A DNA stretch of 63,932 nt, the filler included, from an uncultured bacterium (lineage in GTDB: Bacteria > Latescibacterota > UBA2968), in NCBI GenBank assembly GCA_964471275.1. It is 5 parts of 5 records of this genome, joined end to end, with 100 filler letters (N's around TTAATTAATTAA, not from the genome) between each part and the next. Parts side by side here need not be neighbours in the genome. Positions count along the whole stretch, not along the records: positions 28,857 to 43,148 come from CAYYGZ010000118.1; 4 more parts are not named here. The stretch is one strand, 5' to 3'. The notes beneath the pieces were generated by a model. That model was not told where the DNA came from, did not search any database, and worked only from the letters and a program-made list of their open reading frames with translations. Each line of letters starts with the position of its first letter. Position 1 is the first letter of the stretch. Made by a program: the position numbers and the translations under genes. Of this stretch, positions 28,857-39,430 are shown piece by piece.

Positions 28857-30452
28857 CGTGGCATATCGCCATTCAAGGGCTCTATCGAGTGCGGGACGGT
28901 AGTATCGTTTCACAAACGCATCCAGACCCTCTGAGAAGAAACTCTGGAAACGTTTCCACCGGGAGTTGCGTCGTTCATCTCCCTCTTTCTGCATCCTGGA
29001 ATGTGCCAGGTGCGCGGGAAGCACGAGCAGCGATTCGATAAGGGAGAAGATGAGAGCGAGTATCACGATCTGTGGGATCAGCTTCATGAATTTCCCCATC
29101 TGACCCGGGACCATCAGGAGGGGTGAGAAGGCGGCGATTGACGTGAGGACTGCGAAGATGACCGGTATGGCGACTTCCTGGGCACCGTCAATCGCGGCGC
29201 GAAGACCGCGTTTGCCCATTTGATAGTGACGGTAGATGTTCTCACCGACGATGATCGCGTCATCTACCACGATCCCGAGGACGACAATGAAGCCGAAGAG
29301 CGAAATCAGGTTGATCGATGCGTCGATCGTGGGCATCAGACCGATTGCGCCGAGGAAGGAAATGGGTATGCCCAGCGCGACCCAGAAGGCAAGCCGAAGC
29401 CGGAGGAACAGGGTCAGGGAAAGCAGGACCAGACTGAATCCCATCCATCCATTCTTGAGCATCAGATCCAGACGACCTTCGAGTATGCGGGAGAAATCCG
29501 CCCAGGTCGTGAGCGTAATGCCATCAGGGAGGCGAGTCTGAGCAGTCTCGATGTATGCCTTCACATCCTCGGCAATCTGGAGGGCGTTCTCATCACCAAC
29601 ACGTGAGACCTTTACGATTACGGTGGGTTTTCCGTCGAATCGACCGAACTGATCTGTTTCCGCGAATCCATCGAGGACTCGAGCAACGTCCTTGAGCAGG
29701 AGATGTGTACCATCGGGCCGGGCTCGCAGGACCAGATTCTCGAAATCACGGCCGACGTAGGCCTGTCCCTTCGTTCTCAGAAGGATTTCGCCTCCGACGG
29801 ACCGGATTGATCCTCCTGGCAAGTCGAGCGAGGATCGCCGAACGGCCAGAGCGATCTCGTTAAAGGTCAGGTTGTACTGACGCAGCGCGTTCTCCGAGAC
29901 TTCGATGGCGATCTCATAGGGACGCGCTCCCAACAGGGCAACCTGCGTCACGCCGGGCAGCGCGGAGATCTCATCGCGAACCTGCTCGCCCACTACTTTG
30001 AGGCTCTGCTCGTCCGTCTGACCGGAGATCGCGACATAGATGACTTCCTGGCTGATTACGATCTCACGGGAAGTTGGCTCTTCTGCTTCATCCGGGAACG
30101 TGTCGATTGCGTCCACGCGGGCTTTCACATCGTCGAGCAGCTTACGGATGTCGAAGCCCTGTTGACCCTCGATGTTGACAGATCCCACGTTCTCGCTGGC
30201 GTTGGAAGAGATTTCCTTAATACCCTCCAACCCCTGGACGGCTTCTTCAATGCGCACGCATATCGCCTCTTCGACTTCAGCGGGGGCCGCTCCGGGATAG
30301 ACGACGGAGACGGTGATCACGTCCGCCGAAAATTCCGGGAAGATCTCCATTCTGAGCTTCGACACGGTTAATGCGCCGCCACCCAGTATCAGGATCATCA
30401 GAAGGTTCGCGGCAACGGTGTTGCGAGCGAACCAGGCAATCAGGCCTTTCAT
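28857..30452 (-). CDS. RND efflux permease (AcrB/AcrD/AcrF family), 3' truncated
   Basis: MKGLIAWFARN.VAANLLM, YPGA.P.EVEE, GIVVDDAIIVGENI; ATGA overlap with the upstream gene. Confidence 0.92.
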
Positions 30453-31627
30453 CTGACTCCTCCTTCCACACCAACACTGCTGCGAACTCGCATCCCGTCG
30501 ACTACGGTGTCTAGCGGCGAAATACACACCTGCTCTCCTGGTCTAAGTCCTGATGTGATGATAATCTGCTCGCTGTCCGCTCTCAGGATATCAACATCCC
30601 GGAAGTAGAGCTTTTTATCCTCGACGACGAGAACGCGCTTTGTACCGCGAAGCGCCGATCGAGGCAGAACGATGGCATTCTCAACCATCCTTCCGGAGAT
30701 ATCGGCCTCCACGTAGAGACCAACGGCCAACGGGGGGCGAACACCGTCGCCTGCGGCCGCATAGGGATCGTCTACGCGGGCAACCAGGTTGATCATCCTT
30801 GTCATTGGGTCGATCTCTCCTTCGACACGCACAACGCGTCCCTGCCACGCGTAATGGCTGCCCGCAAAATCCGCGTGTAGATCCACCAGCGGGCCATCAG
30901 TGATTTCGGCCTCACCGGTCCGATGGAGGGAGACATTCAGATACGCCAGGTCTGGATCCGGAATCGCGAGCCGTATTTCCGCGTAGTCGACTGCGTATAC
31001 ACGACCCAGGGGCGCATTCGGACCAACAACTTGACCGACATCCACACGTTTGGCTCGAACACGACCGTCAAAGGCTGCCCTGATCTCGGTCCGCTCAAGG
31101 TTGAGTTTTGCCATCTGGTATCGGGCGCGGGCGGCGTCTAGCGATGCTCTTGCTACCGCAAGCTGCGGCTTTCGCAGGACGAGGTCGCTTGGATCTCCAG
31201 TGCCGATTTTCGACCACTCTGCGTGCGCGACTTCCGACTCCTCCCGCTCCTGAGCGAATCGTACCTGTGCCTGCGCTACTTCGACATTCGCTGTTGCCAG
31301 CGCGAGTTCGTAGTCGCGAGGGTCGATGTGGACGAGTACGTCGTCTTTCTTGAAGAACCCACCATTGGCGAACTGGGGAGAGACCCTGATGACCTGTCCG
31401 CTGACCTGTGATATCAGATCACTTTCGGTGCGCGGCGAGACGGTTCCCTGTGCCGGCACGCTCAACTGCAGTGACTCTGTCCGGACATCCAGGACTCGAA
31501 CAACCGGGGGCGGCGCTTTCGTGGTTTCTGTCGCGACGCTCGATCTCGTAGCGATCAAGGCTGCGGCGCCAACGAGCCCAAAAGTGAGGATCCCGATCGG
31601 TGCGACTATCTTGAGATTCAGTTTCAT
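30449..31627 (-). CDS. RND efflux periplasmic adaptor (MFP) subunit
   Basis: N-terminal TM anchor, GTV.P, QVSG, IDPRDY, LERT.IRA.FDG.V, D..TR. Confidence 0.92.
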   Translation of the reverse strand: MKLNLKIVAPIGILTFGLVGAAALIATRSSVATETTKAPPPVVRVLDVRTESLQLSVPAQGTVSPRTESDLISQVSGQVIRVSPQFANGGFFKKDDVLVHIDPRDYELALATANVEVAQAQVRFAQEREESEVAHAEWSKIGTGDPSDLVLRKPQLAVARASLDAARARYQMAKLNLERTEIRAAFDGRVRAKRVDVGQVVGPNAPLGRVYAVDYAEIRLAIPDPDLAYLNVSLHRTGEAEITDGPLVDLHADFAGSHYAWQGRVVRVEGEIDPMTRMINLVARVDDPYAAAGDGVRPPLAVGLYVEADISGRMVENAIVLPRSALRGTKRVLVVEDKKLYFRDVDILRADSEQIIITSGLRPGEQVCISPLDTVVDGMRVRSSVGVEGGVR

Positions 31628-33078
31628 CTTGTCTTCTCTCCGGCATTGGTCTGTTCGGTACGGACTGCCAGTATGTCTTCGCGGGTATGAAAGTCGCCAC
31701 CGAGGGCGAGATGAAGGTCAATTCGCGCATGCAGGCGTTGTCTTTTGACCGAGAGCAGCAGGCTCTCCGTCAGGTATGCGGAACGCTGTGTCTGTAGCAT
31801 CGTGATCAAGTCGGTGATGCCGCGCTTGTAGCGGTCTTCGGCGAGTGTCCTCGCTGCACCTGCTTCTGTTGCGGCGATTGCCAGCTGTGTCTCGCGGGCG
31901 GTCAGGATCTGTTCCGCGGTGAGGGCGTTCTCCACCTCGGCAAAGGCTTGCAGTACGCTGCCGATGTAGCCGGCGAGGGCTTCGTCTTCGAGCGCGCGGG
32001 TCAAATCGATGTTGCCCTGGATCCGGCCGCCCTGAAAGAGAGGCTGGAGCAGGTTTGCCGCGAAGCCCCAGATCGTGAAATCACCGCTATTCAGGTCGGA
32101 TAGTGATCCACTGCTGCGTCCGGTCGAACCCGTCAGAGAGATACGAGGGTATCGCGATCTGAGCGCCTCTTTGTGTCGCATGGCCCCGGCGGCCAGCCTG
32201 CGTTCGGCGGCCACGAGATCCGGTCTACGCTCAAGGATCTCGGACGGGATTCCGATAGGTACCGGCTCGATCAAGCTGGGAAGTGTGTCACCTGCGGCGA
32301 CGCGGCCTTCAGGATACCGGCCGAGGATGACTTCGACCTGCCGCCTTGCGTGCTCGAGGAACAGCTCCCGCTGGTGCAGTTGATCACGTGCACTCGCCAG
32401 ATCGGCCCGCGTGAGGCGCGTGTCGAGCGAAGGACGGATGCCCCGGCGGTATCGATCCTCTACCTGTGAGAGCGTTGTGGCGTAATTCTCGACGGTCGCC
32501 ATGGAGAGGTCGTGCTGCCGCTCTGCTTCGATCAGCGCGAACCAGGCTTTGGCTGTCTGCGCGGCCAGGGACTGTCGAGCGGCCCTGTAGCCGGCCTGGG
32601 CGGCTTGACGATCGGCTACTGCCGCCGCCTTCCCGGCGCTCAAGCGACCCCAGAGATCCAGCTCCCAGGATGCGTCCAGGGAGATACCGTAGCTTGTTGA
32701 GGTCGAACCCGCCGGGCCCCCATCCGCAGCACCTGGTACCGGGAATCCGACAAAGATCTGTTTACGTTTGGACCCGCTGCCGCCTGCACTTACCTGAGGC
32801 CACAACGGTGCGCCGGCCATCTTGGCCTGTCCGTGAGCAGCCCGTAATCTTGCGCCGGCAGCGTGCAGGTCGAGGTTCCCGGCCAGCGCTGAGTCCACAA
32901 GACCGTGCAGCTGGGGATCTCCAAGCCGATCCCACCAGTTGCCTCTGGTAACACTGGCCGCTGAATCCGCTCGGGACCAAGCATCGGCTATTTCCACTCT
33001 CAGGTCCGGTCTCTGCTGGCGGGGAGCAGTACCACACGCTGTCAACACGGCAACCAAGATCCACACCCTATTCTTCAC
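31624..33078 (-). CDS. Outer-membrane efflux lipoprotein (NodT/TolC family)
   Basis: GTG at 33078 after AGGAGG; lipobox LTAC; WW..GDP.L..L, SWELDLWG, RRPDL.AAE, LALGG. Confidence 0.9.
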   Translation of the reverse strand: MKNRVWILVAVLTACGTAPRQQRPDLRVEIADAWSRADSAASVTRGNWWDRLGDPQLHGLVDSALAGNLDLHAAGARLRAAHGQAKMAGAPLWPQVSAGGSGSKRKQIFVGFPVPGAADGGPAGSTSTSYGISLDASWELDLWGRLSAGKAAAVADRQAAQAGYRAARQSLAAQTAKAWFALIEAERQHDLSMATVENYATTLSQVEDRYRRGIRPSLDTRLTRADLASARDQLHQRELFLEHARRQVEVILGRYPEGRVAAGDTLPSLIEPVPIGIPSEILERRPDLVAAERRLAAGAMRHKEALRSRYPRISLTGSTGRSSGSLSDLNSGDFTIWGFAANLLQPLFQGGRIQGNIDLTRALEDEALAGYIGSVLQAFAEVENALTAEQILTARETQLAIAATEAGAARTLAEDRYKRGITDLITMLQTQRSAYLTESLLLSVKRQRLHARIDLHLALGGDFHTREDILAVRTEQTNAGEKTR

Positions 33079-33736
33079 CTTGTTCCTCCTTGTGGTCCGA
33101 ACTGTGACCTGCCGGGGCGGCGAATCCCCCCGAAACGAACCGCACAAGCTGAGCGACGTTCGCATCGACATTGTCTACGTCGATCAGATCACCTGCTCGA
33201 GCCTTGATGATGTCGCTTGAAGCCATTGCCAGCGCCATGCTTCCAATCATGAAGTGGAACCGCCAGAAGAGCTCGGTTTGGTCGAGATGCGGCGCACACG
33301 TTCCTATCGCCTGTGTGAAGCTCTGAGAGATCTCTTCCATCAGATGGAGCACCTTGAGCTTGATCTTTACGGGCTCTGTGTGCAGTCGTCCCATCATCAT
33401 CATCATATGACGACCACCGAGTTCAGGATGGCTCAACAGCCGCAGGGCCGGCTCGACGAATGCCCGAATAATCGCATCGAGGTCGCCAGGCGTCTCGGTG
33501 GAAGCATGCTTCAGCATCCTGGATCTTTGCTCATTGATGGGGTTGATCCGCCTTGCGAACACCTCCACCAGGAGCGCCTCTTTCGAGCCGAAATGATAGT
33601 GGATTGACGCCAGGTTTGCCCCAGCCTCACCGGTTACAGCTCGAAGCGAGGTTGCTCCGATCCCATTCTTCGCGAAGAGCTTTTCGGCCGCATCGAGGAG
33701 TCGCTCACGTGTGTTTGACTCATTGTGCATTATCAT
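33068..33736 (-). CDS. TetR/AcrR family regulator (PsrA-like)
   Basis: TRERLLDAAEKLFA..G..ATSLR.VT..AG.NLA.I.YHFGSKE.L; C-terminal FWRFHF..G..F..GG. Confidence 0.92.
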   Translation of the reverse strand: MIMHNESNTRERLLDAAEKLFAKNGIGATSLRAVTGEAGANLASIHYHFGSKEALLVEVFARRINPINEQRSRMLKHASTETPGDLDAIIRAFVEPALRLLSHPELGGRHMMMMMGRLHTEPVKIKLKVLHLMEEISQSFTQAIGTCAPHLDQTELFWRFHFMIGSMALAMASSDIIKARAGDLIDVDNVDANVAQLVRFVSGGFAAPAGHSSDHKEEQGEE

Positions 33737-33743
33737 GGATGTC

Positions 33744-33801
33744 GTTTCCGAACAAGTGTTTGAATCGTATGTTTTATACGATCGTTTTAAATGAATGTTC
33801 C
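33744..33801. promoter_or_regulatory. Tandem operator array upstream of the TetR-RND operon
   Basis: GTTT/GTTC half-sites at 33744, 33758, 33771, 33784, 33797; four abutting 14-bp degenerate palindromes. Confidence 0.6.
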
Positions 33802-33962
33802 AAATTTATAAAAGCGCGTGAATCAGTCAAGGGTTCTTCTGTGTCAAGAGTGTAAACATTTGTAAAATAGTAATTTCATGGTGTAACGATCGGGGGCGGT
33901 AGTCAGGTTCTGTGCAGATTTAGCTGTTCGTTCTGTTCCGGACTCGTAAATTGATTCACGCA

Positions 33963-34658
33963 ATGACCTATCTCAGAATAAAAGAACTGTGGAAGTCCTA
34001 CCCGGGAACCTGGCCGCTGAAGGAGATATCTTTCGAAGTCAGTCAGGGGCGTGTTGTCGGTGTGTTGGGGCAGAATGGCAGCGGGAAGAGTACACTGTTT
34101 CGCATCGTTGCGGGGCTTACGTTCGCATCCGAAGGTGAGGTCCTTATCGATGGGAAGCCACCCGGTGTCGAGACGAAGAGGCTGACAGCGTATATGCCCG
34201 AGCTCGATCCCTTCTATTCCTGGATGACCGTTAGCGATGTTCTCGATTTCGTCAGCGGGTTCTACGACACCTGGGATTCTGAGCGGGCCCATACGCTTGT
34301 CGATTTCCTGGAGCTTCCGGTTGACCGTCAGGTCAGCGCGCTTTCAAGGGGGCAGAGGGGTCGGCTCAAGGTGGTCACGGCATTTTCCTGGATGAGCGAG
34401 CTCATTCTGATGGATGAGCCGCTCGGCGGGATCGATCAACCGTCGCGCAGAAAGATGCTGGATGCCCTGTTCAACCGGTTTCGTCGGCCAAACCAAACGG
34501 TCCTGATCTCGACGCATCTTGTCGATGAAGTTGAGCCGTTCCTGGACGATGTCATCTATATCCGAGACGGTGAGATCACACTGGCCGGGGAGGCCGAGCA
34601 GCTACGGACGGAGCGCAATGGTTCTCTGTCGGAGATCTTCGAAGAGGTTGCCACGTGA
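33963..34658 (+). CDS. ABC transporter ATP-binding protein (YtrB-like)
   Basis: GQNGSGKST, LSRGQRGR, LMDEPLGGID, ISTHL. Confidence 0.9.
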   Translation: MTYLRIKELWKSYPGTWPLKEISFEVSQGRVVGVLGQNGSGKSTLFRIVAGLTFASEGEVLIDGKPPGVETKRLTAYMPELDPFYSWMTVSDVLDFVSGFYDTWDSERAHTLVDFLELPVDRQVSALSRGQRGRLKVVTAFSWMSELILMDEPLGGIDQPSRRKMLDALFNRFRRPNQTVLISTHLVDEVEPFLDDVIYIRDGEITLAGEAEQLRTERNGSLSEIFEEVAT

Positions 34659-35344
34659 ACGGACTCCTCCGGCTTTACCTCAAAGAGCTGCATGAACATC
34701 GCATGCTGCTGGGTGGGACCGTCGCCGCGATCGCGTGTCTATACGGTTACGTCCTGGTGGGAGTCGAAGGGGAGGCCTCGACGTTCCTGCTTGCGTCCTT
34801 TCCCATATCGATCACGACGGCTGCCCTGACCTTCGGTTTGATCTCGTCGTTTTGGAGCGAGTGGAAAGGTTCCACACACTATCTGCTGCTGTCACTCCCG
34901 GTATCTCGCGTCGCGATTCCACTTTCGAAATACCTGTCCGTTCTAACCGCGGGCGTGATTGTCTACCTGATGGCGGTCGTCAGTATCCTGAGCTTGACCG
35001 TTCCGCTTGAAACGTCGACGCAGATATTGACGCAGTTCCAGCTCGATCCGAAGACTTTGATGATTTTCTTCTGCACCCAGGCGTTTGCGTGGCTGATCCT
35101 GTTGTTGGGTGTGGTCGTCGGGTGCGTGGCGCTCCGGTATTCGCTTGCCCGCGCGCAGATGATCACAATCATGTGTTACCTGATCCTGATGTTCTTCAGC
35201 TACTGGTACTTCCTCGGACCCTTTGCAGAACTCATGGGGGCAGATGTCGGATTCTTCAGGGCCCAGATCGTCTATACGTCGCTCTTCGGAATCTTTACAA
35301 CGGTCGCGGGACTCTTCCTCTTCCATCACCGAGCGGAGATCTGA
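34655..35344 (+). CDS. ABC-2 type permease
   Basis: GTGA overlap; about six TM segments; YLLLSLPVSR...SKY motif. Confidence 0.8.
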   Translation: MNGLLRLYLKELHEHRMLLGGTVAAIACLYGYVLVGVEGEASTFLLASFPISITTAALTFGLISSFWSEWKGSTHYLLLSLPVSRVAIPLSKYLSVLTAGVIVYLMAVVSILSLTVPLETSTQILTQFQLDPKTLMIFFCTQAFAWLILLLGVVVGCVALRYSLARAQMITIMCYLILMFFSYWYFLGPFAELMGADVGFFRAQIVYTSLFGIFTTVAGLFLFHHRAEI

Positions 35345-35346
35345 GC

Positions 35347-35583
35347 GTGCTCACGGTGCTCAGCATCCGGGCGTATGACGGGAAGGCGAGACCCGTGGGG
35401 GAATTCCAAACGTCTATCGACGCTGTGCAACTGTGGATGGCCAACCCGGAGAACACCCGTGGAGAACGCCTTGTGAATGCAAGGGATCTGGTCGACCCGG
35501 ACCGGAATAACAAGAACTATGATTGGGATTTGTGGGTGAAGCCGTGTGAGATCGATGAGGACCTGAAGCGTGCGTTCCGGTAG
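35347..35583 (+). CDS. Hypothetical protein (~78 aa), possibly a fragment
   Basis: GTG just after the permease stop; protein-like composition only. Confidence 0.35.
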   Translation: MLTVLSIRAYDGKARPVGEFQTSIDAVQLWMANPENTRGERLVNARDLVDPDRNNKNYDWDLWVKPCEIDEDLKRAFR

Positions 35584-35597
35584 TGCCGAGAAAACAC

Positions 35598-35790
35598 TCA
35601 GCCGTAGTGGCTTTCCCGAAGGATTGGGCGAAGATCAGGAAGTCAACGAAGCCGATCGCCCCATCGATGTTCAGGTCGGCGATTGGATCCGTGGTTCCGA
35701 AAACGTCTGCGAAGAACAGGAGATCGCTGAAGTCGACGGTTCCGATTTCGCCGAAATCTACCTCGGGTTCTGGGGCCGTCTCTACCTGAA
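35598..35790 (-). pseudogene. Isolated paired dockerin/EF-hand-like C-terminal module
   Basis: DFGEIGTVDFSDLLFFADVFG..ADLNIDGAIGFVDFLIFAQSFG with no upstream catalytic ORF. Confidence 0.6.
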
Positions 35791-35952
35791 GAGGCGATGC
35801 GGGGGCTGAGATCAATCTTTGGGAACATCTGGGAGCCAATGGGTAATGGTATACGGAGAAGATAGGGGAGAGGGGTGTCGGGGGTGGGGTGTGGGCTCAC
35901 CGGTATTTGGCCGATCGGTTGCGATTGATATTTCGCGAGGTGAGGGACAACA

Positions 35953-37181
35953 GTGAGGTCATGGACTCGGAATTTCAGATTGCTTGCGATGGCGGTGGCG
36001 TCGCAGGGAATCTTCTTTGGTGTGCAGCTGTCGCTGTTCTACAACTTTGTTTGGGAGCGTCTTGGGATCGAGCCTCACGAACTCGGGAGTGTCGAGGCCC
36101 TGCGTGAGGTTCCCGGATTACTGAACGTACTGTTTCTGGCGGTGATGATCCGGTTTGCTCCGCCCATCGTTGCCTCCGTGTCGCTCGGCATTATGGGGCT
36201 CGGCATCATTGCGTATGCCGGGGTGACGTCGGTGATCGGATTAGCACTCTACTCATTGGTCTGGAGTGTCGGGTTCCATTGTTGGGTCCCCCTTGAGCAA
36301 GCTATGGCGCTGTCGTTCTCACCGGACGGCAACAAGNNNNNNNNNNTCCACACGCAGTTTACGTTGATGGATTCGACAAGGGTAGGTGGCTGGGTGTGCT
36401 TCGGAGTGTCAATAGCCTGGCGTGGCTGATTACGATCGGGATCTGCAACGTCATCTATGATTATGTCGGCTACGAGGGTCTCTTTGTCATGGCCGGCGTG
36501 GCGACGATTCTTGGCGGGATCGCGATTCTGTTCGCGGAGAAGAAGAAACCGGATATAGAGAAGCGGATCGTCTTCAGACGACGGTATAGTCTCTATTACG
36601 TGCTGAATTTCCTGCAGGGACTCCGAAAGCAGGTGTTCATTACCTTCGCGATCTATGCGCTCGTCAAAGTGCACGGGATGTCGGTGAGCACGACGCTGAA
36701 GCTCGTCTTTGTCAATCAACTTCTTATCACACTGACGGCATCGTGGATGGGAAGGCTCGTTGATCGGCACGGTGAGCGTGTGATGTTGAGCGCGAGCTAC
36801 ATCGGTCTGGCGATCGTGTTTTTCGGATACGCGACCGTTCATCATCGCCCAACCCTCTATGTCCTCTACTGCATCGACAATCTGATATTCTTCGGGGGGA
36901 TCGCGTTGACGACCTATCTGCACAAGATCGCTCCGGAAGAAGACCTCAAGCCCACCCTGTCGATGGGCGTGACCATGAACCACGTCGCGGCCGTCACCGC
37001 ACCACTGGTCGGCGGGTTCGCGTGGCGATACTTCGGGTATGAAGTAATCTTCTTTGCGGGGTCGGTCCTGGCGGTGTTCTCACTCATCGTAAGTCAATGG
37101 GTCGATCCTCACGGTCTGCTCGAGCGAGAGAGAGAACTTGAAGCAGCAGAGGACAAATTGGCCGCCCTGCCGGCGGGTTAA
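35953..37181 (+). CDS. MFS transporter (interrupted by an N gap and ~30 nt of scaffolding junk at 36337-36378)
   Basis: REVPG, TM helices, G.L.DR.GER, L..G.T.NH.AAV.P..GG; the flanks overlap as ...GNK/GRWLGVLRS. Confidence 0.85.
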
Positions 37182-37322
37182 GTCTAGCTGAGTGACGTTC
37201 CGAATCTCTGGCCACCGTGCAAGATCCTTCCCAACCGTGCAGGACGCTATCGGGCAACTGAAACGGAACACCTATGCAACCGCCACTCGTCGGCAAGATT
37301 GATACAGATCATCCAAGGGAGA

Positions 37323-38987
37323 ATGATGTTTACCTACGAAAGATGCTTGCCTCTTCTCGACAACGCTGTTGAGAGCACATTCATCCGCCAGGTTACGGAG
37401 ACATCAGATCCGCGATGCGGCGGGTTCATTTCTGACGGGCTCGATGGCGGGTCCGGCGTTTCATCGTTGTCAACGCTCGGGTATGCCTATTTGCTCGATG
37501 GCGCATCGAGACAGGGAAGCGACGAGCTCGTCGACAGGATCAAGCTGGGCGCGAATTGGTCACGGAAGATCAGAAGACCAAGTGGGAACTACGATTTGAA
37601 TACAACCAATTTTGATTCGTCTCCCGATACCGGGTTTACCGTGAACGCTCTGGCGCCGGTGGTCAAGGCAGCGAGGGCGGCGGCTGATGGCGGAGATGCG
37701 GGGGCAGGTGTGATCGCCGAGGAGATTGGTGAGATCATTCAGGCCGCCACTCCGGGTATGGTCGCCGGTGGATTTCATACGCCGAATCACCGATGGGTAC
37801 TCGTATCCGCCCTGTCACAGGCGTTCGATCTGTTCCCGGAACTCGAGGGCAAGGAGATCATCGATCAGTATCTGGATGAAACGATCGATATCAACGCAGA
37901 TGGTGAGTACACCGAACGGAGCACGGGTGTCTACAACGCCATCTGTAATCGCTTTCTGCGAATTGCGGCCGACAGACTCGGTCGCCCTGATCTGCTCGAA
38001 GCCGTACGTAAGAATCTGACGCTGTCCTACTACTTGATTCACGCGGACGGCGCCGTCGTCACAAGCATCTCGAACCGTCAGGACCGCGGACAGAAGACGA
38101 TCCCTGTCGGTCTTGTCGATAGCTACTATGACTTGGCCAGACAGGATGGGAACGGGTTCTTCGCCGCGTGTTCCGACTGGCTGTTCGACCTGAACCCGGG
38201 TGGTGTGCCGTGGGTGCTGCATCCGTTCCTGGAGCATCCCGAATGGCGGGACGACGATCTGGAGCGCGAACCCCTGCCTGACAGCTACTCAAAGGTGTAT
38301 CCGGTTTCAGGGATGTGGCGAGTTCGCCGCGGGAAGGCCAGTGCAACCGTGGCGAAGGGCATTACGGCTCCCTTCAGCTTGACGTATGGCGATGTCGAAT
38401 TAACTGCGGTCAAGGCCTGTGCCAGCTACTTCGCGGTCGCTCAGTTTACGGCTGACAAGATGAGCGGGGACGAGACGGAGATCACGTTGCAGGATCCGGG
38501 CAGAGGGTCGGTACACGGGTCTCCGGGATACTACCAACCGATCGGGACGCCGGTAACGTCGGAGGAGTGGGAGGACGTTCGCCGCAAGCGACCTCACAAT
38601 GCGCTTCCGCCGTTCGCGGTCGAGCTGCGAATCAAGGAAGTCGAGAATGGGTTCGATCTGACTGCAGTGACGAACGCTCTGGACAAGGTCCCATTCCAGA
38701 TCGCTTTCGATTTTGTTCCGGGCGGCGAACTCGACCTGGATTCAGGCGCCGTGATCGGTAAAGCTGGCGAAACTGCATTGCTCAAATCAGGATACGCAAC
38801 CTATCACGTCGGAGTTGACGCGATTTCCGTTGGCCCTGGCGCCAGCGCGCATCGCGTGTGGCAGATGAGAGGGAGCGAAGGTTCACCCGGTCTGTTCCGC
38901 GTGCTGCTGACGGCAGTGACACCGGTAGATCAGACGGTAGAGATCCGATATGGGACGTGGTCTGCCGCGATCGAGGAGCTTGTGTGA
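37323..38987 (+). CDS. Conserved hypothetical protein, possibly alpha/alpha-toroid lyase/heparinase-like
   Basis: Long ORF with typical codon use; TNFDSSPDTGF, GGFHTPNHRWV, DGEYTERS, SNRQD motifs. The function is an inference. Confidence 0.7.
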   Translation: MMFTYERCLPLLDNAVESTFIRQVTETSDPRCGGFISDGLDGGSGVSSLSTLGYAYLLDGASRQGSDELVDRIKLGANWSRKIRRPSGNYDLNTTNFDSSPDTGFTVNALAPVVKAARAAADGGDAGAGVIAEEIGEIIQAATPGMVAGGFHTPNHRWVLVSALSQAFDLFPELEGKEIIDQYLDETIDINADGEYTERSTGVYNAICNRFLRIAADRLGRPDLLEAVRKNLTLSYYLIHADGAVVTSISNRQDRGQKTIPVGLVDSYYDLARQDGNGFFAACSDWLFDLNPGGVPWVLHPFLEHPEWRDDDLEREPLPDSYSKVYPVSGMWRVRRGKASATVAKGITAPFSLTYGDVELTAVKACASYFAVAQFTADKMSGDETEITLQDPGRGSVHGSPGYYQPIGTPVTSEEWEDVRRKRPHNALPPFAVELRIKEVENGFDLTAVTNALDKVPFQIAFDFVPGGELDLDSGAVIGKAGETALLKSGYATYHVGVDAISVGPGASAHRVWQMRGSEGSPGLFRVLLTAVTPVDQTVEIRYGTWSAAIEELV

Positions 38988-39430
38988 GGAGAGCGCGGCC
39001 ACGGCAGACTTGAGGATCGTCAGCTCGTTACCTGGGACAGCCAGTCGTTGGGGTCGCTGTGACGAAGATCCAGACTCCACCGGATCAGACTGCTTACGTT
39101 TGGTACAGACCGACAGATGGTGTGGTGTTACAGCAGGAGAACGCCACCCTTTCGGATCGGAGGGCAGACTGGTTCCTCCACCACTTGTTCATCCGGTATA
39201 CGCCTGAAAATGCGCGTGAGGCCCGGCACCGGAACGTGCTTGACCTAGCTGTGATGGCTGTCTGGGATGATCTCCTGGCAGCCATTCACTTTGGCCGCAT
39301 CGATCAAGGGCAGTCAGAGGTCGACCCCGTAACCGTCGGACAGGAAGGTAGCGATCTGGGTTTGGGAGAGTCCGAGCGTGCGATACCGCCAGACAGCCGG
39401 TGACTGACACGGTATGTATTCTCAACACCA

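Noticed and set aside
36337..36380. Apparent insertion splitting the MFS gene
   Set aside because: It is adjacent to an N gap and the flanks overlap (ACAAG), so it is treated as a scaffolding artefact.
39059..39403. 114-aa plus-strand ORF
   Set aside because: No RBS and no recognisable motif; may be a gene remnant.
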